Shown: positions 51,844 to 61,264 of the stretch, one piece after another
Position numbering within the stretch: the first letter of the stretch is position 1
Layout: each line of letters opens with the position of its first letter
Source of the DNA: an uncultured Bdellovibrionales bacterium
GTDB lineage: Bacteria > Pseudomonadota > Alphaproteobacteria > Micavibrionales > SZUA-601
Length of the DNA stretch: 64,000 bases
Direction: 5' to 3'
Assembly: GCA_964496065.1 (NCBI GenBank)
Contig: CAZBXD010000004.1
Coordinates: forward strand, 153 to 64,152
Notes under the pieces: generated by a model
Databases searched by the model: none
Told to the model about the DNA's origin: nothing
The model's input: only the letters and a program-made list of their open reading frames with translations
Position numbers and translations under genes: made by a program

Positions 51844-53637
51844 ATGAGTAATACAATTATTCGACATCTGCCTGATACGCTTGTTAATCAAATTGCTGCT
51901 GGTGAAGTTATTGAACGCCCGGCCGCCGTTGTCCGAGAACTTGTTGAAAATGCTATTGATGCTGGCGCGACGCATATTCAAGTCTCAATTCGCAATGGTG
52001 GACAAAATTTGATCCAAATCATTGATAATGGAATTGGCATGAGTGCCTCTGATTTGGAATCTTGTGTAGAGCGCCATGCAACGTCTAAGTTGCATTCGGA
52101 TGATTTGCTCAATATTGATACGCTGGGCTTTCGTGGTGAAGCCTTGCCATCGATTGGGGCTGTGGCCCGTTTAACTATTCAAACCCGGCAAAAGGGTCAG
52201 GAGAGTGGCTGGCAAATAATGGTTGAGGGTGGAAAAAAATCACAGATCACCCCAACCGCACATAAGATTGGCACCACAGTCTCTGTTCGTGATCTATTTT
52301 ACGCTACCCCGGCACGATTGAAATTTCTTAAAACTGCTATGACTGAAAATCGTGCGGTTAAGGAGGTCGTTAAGCGTTTAGCAATGGCATATCCTGTTAT
52401 TGGATTTGAATTGATAATCGATGAAAAAGAACAGTTTAATCTCTTGCCACAAAAAAATTATCATGAGGGTCTTATCCCACGATTGAAAGATCTGTTGGGG
52501 CATGAATTTGCTGATAATTCAGTTATTGTTGATACACAGCGCGATGGTGTTTTTCTCTATGGTTTGGCTGGTTTACCAACCTATGGTAAGGCCAACAGTC
52601 AACAGCAATATCTCTTTGTTAATGGTCGTCCAGTGACGGATAAAATTTTGGTGGGTGCTCTGCGTGGTGCCTACCGAGATGTCATGGAAAAAGGACGATT
52701 TCCAATCGCGGCACTTTTCCTCACCCTGCCACCGACACAGGTTGATATGAATGTTCATCCAGCCAAGGCTGAAGTCCGATTTCGCCAGACAGATTTAGTC
52801 CGGGGCTTAATTGTTGGTGGTGTGCGTCATACGCTACAAACGCATGGGACACAAACGGCCCGGTCTGTGTCACAAGAAGCAGTGGCCGCCTTTAAACCTA
52901 TAACCAGTGGTTATCAACCGATAGCAAAACCGGTACAGCCTTTGTCAGTGAGTGGGTTAGCAGAATCTGTGCCATCGCAGACAGTATTTGATACGGTGAC
53001 ACAGATACCAGGGGCTAAAATAGAAGAGGCTGAGGCGTATGAAAACCACCATCCCCTTGGTGCAGCCCGTGCGCAGGTATTCGAAAATTATATTATTGCG
53101 CAAGCGGAAGATGGCCTCGTGATTGTTGATCAACATGCTGCGCATGAGCGCCTTGTCTATGAGAAAATTAAGGCACAACTGGATGAAAATGGGGTAGAGA
53201 AGCAAGGGCTCCTCATTCCCGAAATTATTGATTTGGAAGAAGATGACATTGCCCTTTTAACAGGTATCGCGGATGATTTAGCGCAACTAGGTTTGACCAT
53301 TGAGCCCTTTGGTAATGGATCTATTGCTGTACAAGATGTCCCAGCTTTGCTCGGTAATCGAATTAATCTCCAAGGTTTGATCCGCGATTTAGTTGATCAG
53401 CTGCGTGATGATGGCAATACTGAAAATCTTTTACAAGAAAAACTCTATGCTTTATGTTCGACAATGGCTTGCCACGGTTCGGTGCGCGCTGGGCGACGCT
53501 TGACAGCACAGGAGATGAACGCGCTTTTGCGTCAGATGGAAATTACGCCTAATTCTGGACAATGCAACCATGGCCGCCCTACTTATGTGAAAATGCAGTT
53601 TCATGATCTTGAAAAACTCTTTGGAAGGCGCTCATGA
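51844..53637 (+). CDS. mutL: DNA mismatch repair protein MutL
   Basis: 597 aa. GHKL ATPase motifs VVRELVENAIDAGA and GFRGEAL. C-terminal dimerisation domain. Confidence 0.95.
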   Translation: MSNTIIRHLPDTLVNQIAAGEVIERPAAVVRELVENAIDAGATHIQVSIRNGGQNLIQIIDNGIGMSASDLESCVERHATSKLHSDDLLNIDTLGFRGEALPSIGAVARLTIQTRQKGQESGWQIMVEGGKKSQITPTAHKIGTTVSVRDLFYATPARLKFLKTAMTENRAVKEVVKRLAMAYPVIGFELIIDEKEQFNLLPQKNYHEGLIPRLKDLLGHEFADNSVIVDTQRDGVFLYGLAGLPTYGKANSQQQYLFVNGRPVTDKILVGALRGAYRDVMEKGRFPIAALFLTLPPTQVDMNVHPAKAEVRFRQTDLVRGLIVGGVRHTLQTHGTQTARSVSQEAVAAFKPITSGYQPIAKPVQPLSVSGLAESVPSQTVFDTVTQIPGAKIEEAEAYENHHPLGAARAQVFENYIIAQAEDGLVIVDQHAAHERLVYEKIKAQLDENGVEKQGLLIPEIIDLEEDDIALLTGIADDLAQLGLTIEPFGNGSIAVQDVPALLGNRINLQGLIRDLVDQLRDDGNTENLLQEKLYALCSTMACHGSVRAGRRLTAQEMNALLRQMEITPNSGQCNHGRPTYVKMQFHDLEKLFGRRS

Positions 53638-55610
53638 AATATCGTCCAGAAATCGATGGGTTACGTGCCTTAGCCGTTGTTCCAGTTATTTTATTTCATG
53701 CTGGCATGCAGTTTTTCTCCGGTGGTTTTGTCGGGGTGGATGTTTTTTTTGTTATTAGTGGCTATCTGATCACCTCTATCATCCTCAAAGAAAAAGAGGC
53801 TGGGACGTTCAGCTTAAAAAGTTTCTATGAACGGCGGATCCGCCGCATTCTCCCCCTCCTGTTCTTTATTATGCTCTGTTGTATTCCTTTTGCTTGGGCA
53901 TGGATGATGCCCACGCAGCTGAAAAGCTTTGCCAAAAGTCTTTATTCGGTCGTCTTCTTTGCCAGTAATATTCAATTTATGGATGAGGTTGATTATTTTG
54001 CCGATTTGTCGGAGGACAAACCTCTCCTCCATACTTGGTCTTTGGCGGTTGAAGAGCAATATTATATTCTTTTTCCTCTCTTTATTATGATGTTTTGGCG
54101 TTTTGGTAAGCAGCGTTTAGTACAATTAATTTTATTTGGCTCTTTAGTTAGTTTTGCTTTGGCCGAATATGGGTGGCGTCATGAGCCAGTAATGAATTAT
54201 TACCTTGTCCTCACCCGAGCCTGGGAGATTTTTGCTGGCTCCATCTGTGCCTTTATCATGTTTGATAAAAAACAAAAACCAGATGAGGCCCTGTCCCTTA
54301 TTGGGTTAGGGATGCTGATCCTCTCAATCATTGTTTTCAATAAGGCCACGCCATGGCCCTCCTTCCTCACGCTTTTACCCATTATTGGTACTTGTCTCTT
54401 AATCCTCTACATGGATCAAAAGACTTTGGTTGGGCGGGTTTTTTCAACCAAGGGGTTTGTGACGATCGGCTTGATGAGTTATGGCCTATATTTATGGCAT
54501 GTGCCGTTGTTTGCCTTTGCCCGGATCCGGAGTTTTGGCCCACCGGAGACGTCTCTGCTCCTACTTCTTTCTCTTGTGGCGCTGGGCCTTTCTTATTTCA
54601 CCTGGAAATATGTTGAAGCCCCGTTTCGTGATCGCTCAGAATCTGGCATGCCGACGAAAAAGGTCATGCGAGTCATGGGTATGACCGGCGCTTTTCTGGT
54701 AGTTTTAGGTTTGATTGGGGATAAAACCGATGGGATGCCGCAGCGTTTTAGTTCTGAAATCCATACCATTTTAGAAGCGCCAAAGGGGGATACGTCCGGA
54801 TGTCACAACAAGTTCAAATATGATGGACAGAAAATTCGTGCCGGTGAAGTTTGCACAATTGGCGCTGCGGATGCGTTTCCTCATATTGCGGTGATTGGCG
54901 ATAGTCATGCCTCACGGATCACCGATGCGTTGGCAGAAAATTTAAAAACCGCAGGGCAAGCCGCGCTCACGTATAATGCGAGTTGGTGTGTGCCCCTACT
55001 GGACTTATATAGCGTGCAAAAGAAAAAGCGCCATTGTCGTGATTTTATTACCGCTAGTTTTGAAGCCACTTTAAACAATCCACAAATAAAAACCGTGATC
55101 CTGTACGGGCAATGGGCGAATGTGCCATGGGGGCAACGCTGGGGTGAGGATGAGGTGGCAACTTATGGCTTTGCGGATCGTGCGCCAGAGCGGGTGAAAG
55201 ATAATACCAGCGCATTCCGACAATCTTTACGTCACACGATGGAAGCCCTAAAAGCTTCGAATAAAAATATTATGATCATTGGGCCCATTCCAGAATTTAA
55301 CACCGTGATTCCCTATACGCTTGCTAAGCTGCAGCACTTTGGCAAAGGCGATGCGGTTAAACATCAGCTCGAAGATAGTCTTCTTGTGACATGGGAAGAC
55401 TATGAGCGCCGGAATAAAGAAGTTTTGCTGGCCTTTGATCAGATTGCGCAAGACTATGATGTTGCGATCATCAATCCCTATCATATTTATTGCGGAGAAG
55501 GGTTTTGCCAATATGAAACGCCAGATGGCACGCCGTTTTATGAAGATGGTAGTCATTTGACCAGGGCTGGTTCCCAGCCACTGGTCAATGCGATGATGCG
55601 TGCCTTTTAA
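53634..55610 (+). CDS. acyltransferase-3 family O-acyltransferase with C-terminal SGNH domain (OafA-like)
   Basis: 658 aa. IDGLRALAVVPVILFHAG and a polytopic N-terminal half. The C-terminal domain carries IGDSHA. The ATG overlaps the mutL stop (ATGA). Confidence 0.88.
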   Translation: MKYRPEIDGLRALAVVPVILFHAGMQFFSGGFVGVDVFFVISGYLITSIILKEKEAGTFSLKSFYERRIRRILPLLFFIMLCCIPFAWAWMMPTQLKSFAKSLYSVVFFASNIQFMDEVDYFADLSEDKPLLHTWSLAVEEQYYILFPLFIMMFWRFGKQRLVQLILFGSLVSFALAEYGWRHEPVMNYYLVLTRAWEIFAGSICAFIMFDKKQKPDEALSLIGLGMLILSIIVFNKATPWPSFLTLLPIIGTCLLILYMDQKTLVGRVFSTKGFVTIGLMSYGLYLWHVPLFAFARIRSFGPPETSLLLLLSLVALGLSYFTWKYVEAPFRDRSESGMPTKKVMRVMGMTGAFLVVLGLIGDKTDGMPQRFSSEIHTILEAPKGDTSGCHNKFKYDGQKIRAGEVCTIGAADAFPHIAVIGDSHASRITDALAENLKTAGQAALTYNASWCVPLLDLYSVQKKKRHCRDFITASFEATLNNPQIKTVILYGQWANVPWGQRWGEDEVATYGFADRAPERVKDNTSAFRQSLRHTMEALKASNKNIMIIGPIPEFNTVIPYTLAKLQHFGKGDAVKHQLEDSLLVTWEDYERRNKEVLLAFDQIAQDYDVAIINPYHIYCGEGFCQYETPDGTPFYEDGSHLTRAGSQPLVNAMMRAF

Positions 55611-56440
55611 GGGCGACCAAAGAGTTTCTCTGGATCATGTTTATCGATCAGGGTTTCAAGTTCACCAGAAACCTGGAGCTGTTCAATCATATTGTTGATC
55701 ATGGCTTTAAAGTCATGCTCGCCTTGGGCAATACCAAAGCTGACCGCATAGGTATAGAGCGGTTTACCCAATTTTGCCTCCCGCAGTTTGCCGGGATTAT
55801 TTTTATTATAATCGGCATAGACACTGGGTAGGACAAAGCCAATATCAGTTTTACCGGTTTCAACGGTCAAGAGCATTTCAGCAATATTTGATAAAGCTGG
55901 CAAGGTTTGTAATTGTGCTTCTGGTAAGATTTTCTGTACAGCCGTGGTTGCCCCTTCACCGTCAAGAGCTGAAATCTTCGTCTCTTGCCAATCAATATCA
56001 GAAAAATCATGATCAAAGCGGGTATCATCCGCTCGGACATAGCCATGGATAGGAACATGGGTGTAGGGCTGTGAATAATCCATTTGCCCCGCGCGCGCCA
56101 TGATGAAAACACTGCCACAAACCATATCGTAGCGTTGGTTTTTCAAATCTTGCGCAAAAGTCGCGAAGCTGATTTGTTCGGTCCACTCGACTTTAAGACC
56201 AAGCTCACCGGCAATCATATTGACCAGGTCAACACTCAAACCGGAGAATTCACCGGTATTGGGATCCTGCAACGTAAAAGGCGGTTCAATAAAATACCCA
56301 CAGCGGATTGTGCGCGTGTCCATCACCCGGTCATAGATGGTTTGTTTTTCTGCACCAAACGCTTGGGCTTTTGGTCCGATCATGCTCCAAAGGCATGCAC
56401 CCATGACAAGCGTTATTAATAGTGTTGCGATCTTTTTCAT
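55607..56440 (-). CDS. family-3 solute-binding protein, orphan (paralog of 16141-17004)
   Basis: 277 aa with a signal peptide. IYDRVMDTRTIRCGY...GLSVDL. No adjacent permease or ATPase. Confidence 0.82.
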   Translation of the reverse strand: MKKIATLLITLVMGACLWSMIGPKAQAFGAEKQTIYDRVMDTRTIRCGYFIEPPFTLQDPNTGEFSGLSVDLVNMIAGELGLKVEWTEQISFATFAQDLKNQRYDMVCGSVFIMARAGQMDYSQPYTHVPIHGYVRADDTRFDHDFSDIDWQETKISALDGEGATTAVQKILPEAQLQTLPALSNIAEMLLTVETGKTDIGFVLPSVYADYNKNNPGKLREAKLGKPLYTYAVSFGIAQGEHDFKAMINNMIEQLQVSGELETLIDKHDPEKLFGRP

Positions 56441-56458
56441 TTTTTATCATCCTTTTTG

Positions 56459-56473
56459 TATGTTTAAAACATA
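56459..56473. promoter_or_regulatory. perfect inverted repeat TATGTTT-A-AAACATA (candidate operator)
   Basis: Read directly. A 14/15 direct copy (TATGTTTAAAATATA) lies at 56582-56596 in the same divergent intergenic region. Confidence 0.4.
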
Positions 56474-56638
56474 ATATAATATTTATATATAATAATAAGA
56501 GTGATTCGTCAATATATTTTTCATAACATGCCAGTTATAAGGTAAGGGTTTATAACTTAATGACTCAAGCAATCGTAAAATTATGTTTAAAATATACTTT
56601 CTCTTGTTTTTTGACGGAATTCGTGAAAAAAAACAAGT

Positions 56639-57280
56639 ATGATTTCAATTGAACAGATCAAAGCCGCACGTGCCTTGCTTGAATGGACGCAAGAAGACCT
56701 GGCCAAAGCGGCCGGTCTGTCCAAGCCGTCGATCAATAATATTGAACGTCGTATTGCGCATCCAAAGGTTGATACTTTATTAGCTATTCAAGCAGCGTTT
56801 GAAAAAGGCGGGGTTGAATTTACTGATGGCCCGGGTGTAAAACTCAACAGCACACCCCTTAAAACCTATGTCTGGGAGGGGGATGATAGTTTACTTCGCC
56901 TGACCCATGATATTTTTGAAACCCTGAATGGCACCGATTGTACGCTAATGATCGCAGGGGTTGAGGAAAAAAAATATAAAGGGGCGGCGGGTGATCGTGT
57001 CCTCAAGGAAATTGAAAAACGCCTCAAACACAACATTAAAACGCAAATCCTTTCTTGTGAAGGGGATACAAATTTTATTGAACCGGTGCAGCATTATCGC
57101 TGGCTGCCAAAAGAATTTTTTCCACGCACCCCTTCTTATGTGTATGGCGATAAATATGCAATTTTCCTATGGGGCCCGCCAAAGAAAGTAGTCGTGATTG
57201 AAAATGCCGAAATTGCCCAGTCTTATCGTGAGCAATTTGAGGCTTTGTGGGATGTGTCAAAAAAACCGATTAGTGATTAA
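56639..57280 (+). CDS. XRE-family HTH regulator with uncharacterised C-terminal domain (paralog B)
   Basis: 213 aa. IEQIKAARALLEWTQEDLAKAAGLSKPSINNIERR. Collinear with 31609-32247 along its full length. Confidence 0.8.
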   Translation: MISIEQIKAARALLEWTQEDLAKAAGLSKPSINNIERRIAHPKVDTLLAIQAAFEKGGVEFTDGPGVKLNSTPLKTYVWEGDDSLLRLTHDIFETLNGTDCTLMIAGVEEKKYKGAAGDRVLKEIEKRLKHNIKTQILSCEGDTNFIEPVQHYRWLPKEFFPRTPSYVYGDKYAIFLWGPPKKVVVIENAEIAQSYREQFEALWDVSKKPISD

Positions 57281-57882
57281 GCCTCAACATTGATCTGTGG
57301 CTCGGTGCCACCGGCAGATTTCTTGGCCACACCAACCCGGGCAGGTCGCAACAGGCGATCATAGATCATATAGCCGGCCTCCATCACTTGAACGATGGCG
57401 CCGGGGGTTTGGTCGGGGCTGTCGACTTCAAACATCACTTCATGAATATTTGGGTCAAATGGGGTCCCCGGTTCAGCTATGATTTTCTCAATGCCTGATT
57501 TTTGCATCGCGGCGAGGAGTTGATTTTGCGTTGCCTGAACTCCAGTGACCAGATTGGCAATAGCATCGGATTCTTGTAATAACTCTGTTGGCACAGCCTC
57601 AACCGCGCGCGCCAGATTATCGGCCACGGCGAGCAATTCCTTGGCCAGATTGCTGACCCCGTATTTTTGTGCGTCTTCGCGATCTTTCACCGCCCGTTTG
57701 CGGACATTGTCCATCTCTGCCATGGCACGCAGCAGTTTGTCCTTGAGATCGGCGGCCTCAGCCTTTAACGCCTGAGTTTCGTCAGTGACTTTTTCTGAGC
57801 CAATCTCTTCTGGGGTATCAGAATCTATCGAGTGATCTGGGAATTCTTCTGCAATCGTGTTGTTTTCTATATCGTCAGTCAT
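57277..57882 (-). CDS. grpE: nucleotide exchange factor GrpE
   Basis: 201 aa. Acidic N-terminus, coiled coil, and C-terminal FDPNIHEVM...GYMIYDRLLRPARV. Confidence 0.95.
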   Translation of the reverse strand: MTDDIENNTIAEEFPDHSIDSDTPEEIGSEKVTDETQALKAEAADLKDKLLRAMAEMDNVRKRAVKDREDAQKYGVSNLAKELLAVADNLARAVEAVPTELLQESDAIANLVTGVQATQNQLLAAMQKSGIEKIIAEPGTPFDPNIHEVMFEVDSPDQTPGAIVQVMEAGYMIYDRLLRPARVGVAKKSAGGTEPQINVEA

Positions 57883-57959
57883 AGCTTTACCCTGTTTTTA
57901 TTGCTGCTTTTTATAAAATTATCCTATCTATAATGCAAGAGTTGAGTATAATTCTCCAC

Positions 57960-58706
57960 ATGGAAACAAAGAAAGTAGCAAATAGGGAAGCGTCTCGTCC
58001 GTCTGGGCGCGCGGTGGATGAGCTCCGCGGCGTAACAATTGATACCCATGTTTCAAAACATGCGGAGGGGTCATGTCTGATTAAGTTTGGCGATACGCAT
58101 GTTCTTTGTCTGGCCACGGTCGATCCCGGCGTGCCGCGCTGGTTGAAGGGCAAGGGCTCCGGCTGGGTGACGGCGGAGTATGGTATGCTCCCGCGCTCCA
58201 CCGGGGAACGCATGGATCGTGAAGCGGCCCGTGGTCGGCAATCTGGTCGCACCCAAGAAATTCAGCGCCTGATTGGACGCTCTTTACGGGCTGTGGTCGA
58301 TCTCGAAAAACTGGGCGAAATCCAAATTAAAATTGATTGCGATGTGATCCAAGCCGATGGCGGCACGCGCACCGCCTCGATCACCGGCGCTTATGTTGCC
58401 CTGGAAATAGCCATTCAACACTTGATCAAAACTGGGGCGATTCCCGAAAATCCAATTATGGAACCGGTCGCGGCCATTTCCTGTGGGTTGTATGACGGGG
58501 CGGCGGTGCTTGATCTCGATTATGCAGAAGATTCAACGGCCGCGGCGGATGCAAACTATGTAATGACGGCTTCCGGCGGTGTGGTCGAGGTGCAGGCCAC
58601 AGCCGAGGATAAACCAGTTAGCGCCGAACAACTCGACCAACTTTTCCAATTGGCGCGGAAAGGGATTGGTGAACTGGTGAAGAGACAACGTGAGGCGTTG
58701 AAATAA
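57960..58706 (+). CDS. rph: ribonuclease PH
   Basis: [11 protein letters not shown]...[14 protein letters not shown]...[11 protein letters not shown]...[15 protein letters not shown]. The ORF extends to 57933; the Met at 57960 is preferred. Confidence 0.95.
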   Translation: METKKVANREASRPSGRAVDELRGVTIDTHVSKHAEGSCLIKFGDTHVLCLATVDPGVPRWLKGKGSGWVTAEYGMLPRSTGERMDREAARGRQSGRTQEIQRLIGRSLRAVVDLEKLGEIQIKIDCDVIQADGGTRTASITGAYVALEIAIQHLIKTGAIPENPIMEPVAAISCGLYDGAAVLDLDYAEDSTAAADANYVMTASGGVVEVQATAEDKPVSAEQLDQLFQLARKGIGELVKRQREALK

Positions 58707-59296
58707 TGCCAATCAGTCGGTCGTTTTATTTTATTCGCCATGGCCAAACCGATTGGAATGTTCAAAAAAAATTGCAAGGAAGCGTTGATACCGTTTTAAA
58801 TGAAGTCGGTAAAGAACAAGCACGAGCCTCTATTCCTTATTTTAAAAATCTAAAAATTGATTTGATTGTTTCAAGTCCACTCAAGCGTGCATTTGAAACG
58901 TCTGAAATTATTGCCGAAGCTATTGGTTGTTCAATTGAAACAAATGATAATTTGAGAGAAAGGTATTGTGGTTTTGGTGAAGGCCGTGATTACACCAAAT
59001 TTCAGGAAGGATACGAAAAAAACCCAGAACAAGATTTTTCTATTGATGAAATAGGTTTTTATGTCCCTAAAGATGCAGAGCAATTTAATGATTTCAAAGA
59101 GAGGATTTTGAAGACAATTGATCAAATTGTTACACAACATTCTGGTAAAAACATCTTAATATCTGGGCATGGTATTTTTTTTGAGGTGCTGCGTTTTGTT
59201 TTATTAGGGGAGCATATTTTTTGTGAAAACGGTATTCCTTATTACATTCAAAAACGCTCTGATAACTCATGGAATATTGCAAAGGTCACGTTATGA
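58706..59296 (+). CDS. histidine phosphatase family protein (phosphoglycerate-mutase-like)
   Basis: 196 aa. FYFIRHGQTDWN (RHG motif) and a second His in ISGHG. AT-rich. Overlaps both neighbours (TAATG upstream, ATGA downstream). Confidence 0.85.
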   Translation: MPISRSFYFIRHGQTDWNVQKKLQGSVDTVLNEVGKEQARASIPYFKNLKIDLIVSSPLKRAFETSEIIAEAIGCSIETNDNLRERYCGFGEGRDYTKFQEGYEKNPEQDFSIDEIGFYVPKDAEQFNDFKERILKTIDQIVTQHSGKNILISGHGIFFEVLRFVLLGEHIFCENGIPYYIQKRSDNSWNIAKVTL

Positions 59297-59883
59297 CCCG
59301 TAAATTTGCCGGGAAAGAACTTTTGGTCGCGACCCATAATTCCGGGAAAGCAAGTGAGTTTCAAAAAATACTAGGGCCGCATATCACGGTGAAGTCGGCC
59401 AGTGATTTTAACCTCCCCGATGTCGAAGAAACTGGCACAACCTATCATGAGAATGCGCGCCTCAAAGCGCTGCATGGGGCCCAATTTTCAAATCTTCCGA
59501 CGCTGGGCGATGATAGTGGCTTTGAAGTTGACGCCCTCGATGGCAAACCCGGTCTCTATACGGCTCGTTTTATAAAAGCGCAAGGAAGCGCGGATCAAGC
59601 CTTTGCATCCTTACAAACTGAACTGGGTGATAAATCTCGTGTAGCGCGTTTTGTCTGTTGCTTGTGTCTGGCTTGGCCAGATGGGCATGTTGAACATGTT
59701 AAGGAAGAGGTTGTTGGCCATTTTACCCATCCACCGCGTGGGGATAAAGGCTTTGGCTATGATCCGGTTTTCATGCCCCAAGGATATGATGTAACCTTTG
59801 GTGAACTCTCTCATGAGGTTAAAAATAAAATCTCTCACCGTGGTCGCGCTGTGCAAGCAATCCTTAAGAAATGTTTTTTATAA
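59293..59883 (+). CDS. rdgB: RdgB/HAM1 non-canonical purine NTP pyrophosphatase
   Basis: LLVATHNSGKASEF, FGYDPVF and SHRGRA motifs. The ATG at 59293 overlaps the upstream stop. Confidence 0.92.
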   Translation: MTRKFAGKELLVATHNSGKASEFQKILGPHITVKSASDFNLPDVEETGTTYHENARLKALHGAQFSNLPTLGDDSGFEVDALDGKPGLYTARFIKAQGSADQAFASLQTELGDKSRVARFVCCLCLAWPDGHVEHVKEEVVGHFTHPPRGDKGFGYDPVFMPQGYDVTFGELSHEVKNKISHRGRAVQAILKKCFL

Positions 59884-59892
59884 CGTCAGATC

Positions 59893-60744
59893 ATGACCAA
59901 TCTTTTTATTAATATTACACCGGGGGAAACCTATAAAGCATCGTTGGAACGATGGGCAGAGCGGCTTGAAAAACCTGAATTGCAAACCGTTTACCTGTCC
60001 AGTATGGATGTCTTGTCCGTTCCACAAATTTTGACGATTTTTGATCATATCCGCGAAGCTTTTCCTGTCTCAGAAAAAGCAGAAATTACATTGGAATGTG
60101 ATCCAGAGGGGGTATCGGTGCTCTATCTGCGTTCTTTTTATGGGCATGGCATTAATCGCTTGAGCATTGCGCGCCCGACCTGTGACCACCTGGTCGAAGG
60201 GTTTGGTTTTTTTGACAGTGTCAATGTTGATGGGCGTTTGTTTGAAGGGGCGCAGCATATCTCACGGTATGATATCCAAGAGTTTGAACAGTTTGAGCAA
60301 ACCTGTGCCATCCTTTATCAAAAAGGCTTTATCCCTTATGATCGCTATCATTTCTGTCGTCCGGGTTTTGCCTGTCGGTATTTGAAAAATCTTCTGCATT
60401 ATGCCCCTTATATTGGCTTGGGGCCAAACGCGCATAGTCGCTTTCAACGCGATGGCCGCTGGAGCGCAATGATTGATGGCCAGGAGGGTAAACTCCTATC
60501 AGACCAGGATGTGTTGGAGGAATATCTCCTGCAAAATCTTGGCCTGTATGAAGGCTGTGATATGGATCAATTTAAGGCCGTGTTCGACCGCGATTTAGAA
60601 TCATGTTTTGAAAACAGACAATGGCAATCATGGCTTGAGCAAAAGCAGATTGAAATCCTTGATAATCGCCTAACGCTTATGGGGGCGATGTTTTTCACCC
60701 CCGAGATGATTGTTGCAAAGTTAAGGACTGAGCCCTTGCAATGA
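59893..60744 (+). CDS. HemW/HemN-like protein, degenerate (no radical-SAM Cys motif, shortened core)
   Basis: 283 aa in the conserved rph-rdgB-hemW position. It aligns with HemW at EITLECDPEGV, GINRLSI, YDRYHFCRPGF and YIGLGPNAHS. The N-terminus reads LFINITPGETYKAS where LYIHIPFCxxxCxYC is expected, and about 100 aa of the barrel are missing. Confidence 0.7.
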   Translation: MTNLFINITPGETYKASLERWAERLEKPELQTVYLSSMDVLSVPQILTIFDHIREAFPVSEKAEITLECDPEGVSVLYLRSFYGHGINRLSIARPTCDHLVEGFGFFDSVNVDGRLFEGAQHISRYDIQEFEQFEQTCAILYQKGFIPYDRYHFCRPGFACRYLKNLLHYAPYIGLGPNAHSRFQRDGRWSAMIDGQEGKLLSDQDVLEEYLLQNLGLYEGCDMDQFKAVFDRDLESCFENRQWQSWLEQKQIEILDNRLTLMGAMFFTPEMIVAKLRTEPLQ

Positions 60745-61107
60745 TTTGTGCAAAATAATGCCATAATTGCTGTATAGCTGATGCAAATCGTCTTCTTTCT
60801 CTGTGCGCTTCATCAATCCAATTATTGCATGGTCAAAATGTACCCGACCACGCTTTATTTTTGCTGGTTTAATACGCTTCCCTCTTGGTAAAGTGTCGTT
60901 TCTCTTTTCAATAAGTTCATTGACGGCATCACGAAATGCTTCAGCTTTTTGAAGATTTGAGACATTGTCATCCTCTTTTGGTTTAAAGATGAACCTATGG
61001 CCCCAGAACCAGGTACGTTTTTTAGTGATTTCAAACTCGCTGTTAAAAAAATTTACAAGACGCTCTTCATTGGGGGGTAAATCTCCATACCGATCAACAC
61101 CTGGCAT
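60721..61107 (-). CDS. hypothetical basic protein (128 aa)
   Basis: AT-rich ORF overlapping the 3' end of the hemW-like gene by 24 nt. No recognisable family. Confidence 0.4.
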   Translation of the reverse strand: MPGVDRYGDLPPNEERLVNFFNSEFEITKKRTWFWGHRFIFKPKEDDNVSNLQKAEAFRDAVNELIEKRNDTLPRGKRIKPAKIKRGRVHFDHAIIGLMKRTEKEDDLHQLYSNYGIILHKSLQGLSP

Positions 61108-61264
61108 AGCAAGATTTTTTTTAATTATTTTATTATGGAACAGAGTTATAATTTTTTATGGAATATTGTCAATTAAAACCGGATAATTTTTTTCACGCAA
61201 TGTTAAGGGGTTTTGTGTTTATGTATATGCTCTTGTTTATTCCGCCTTTCAGGAGAAAAAAATC

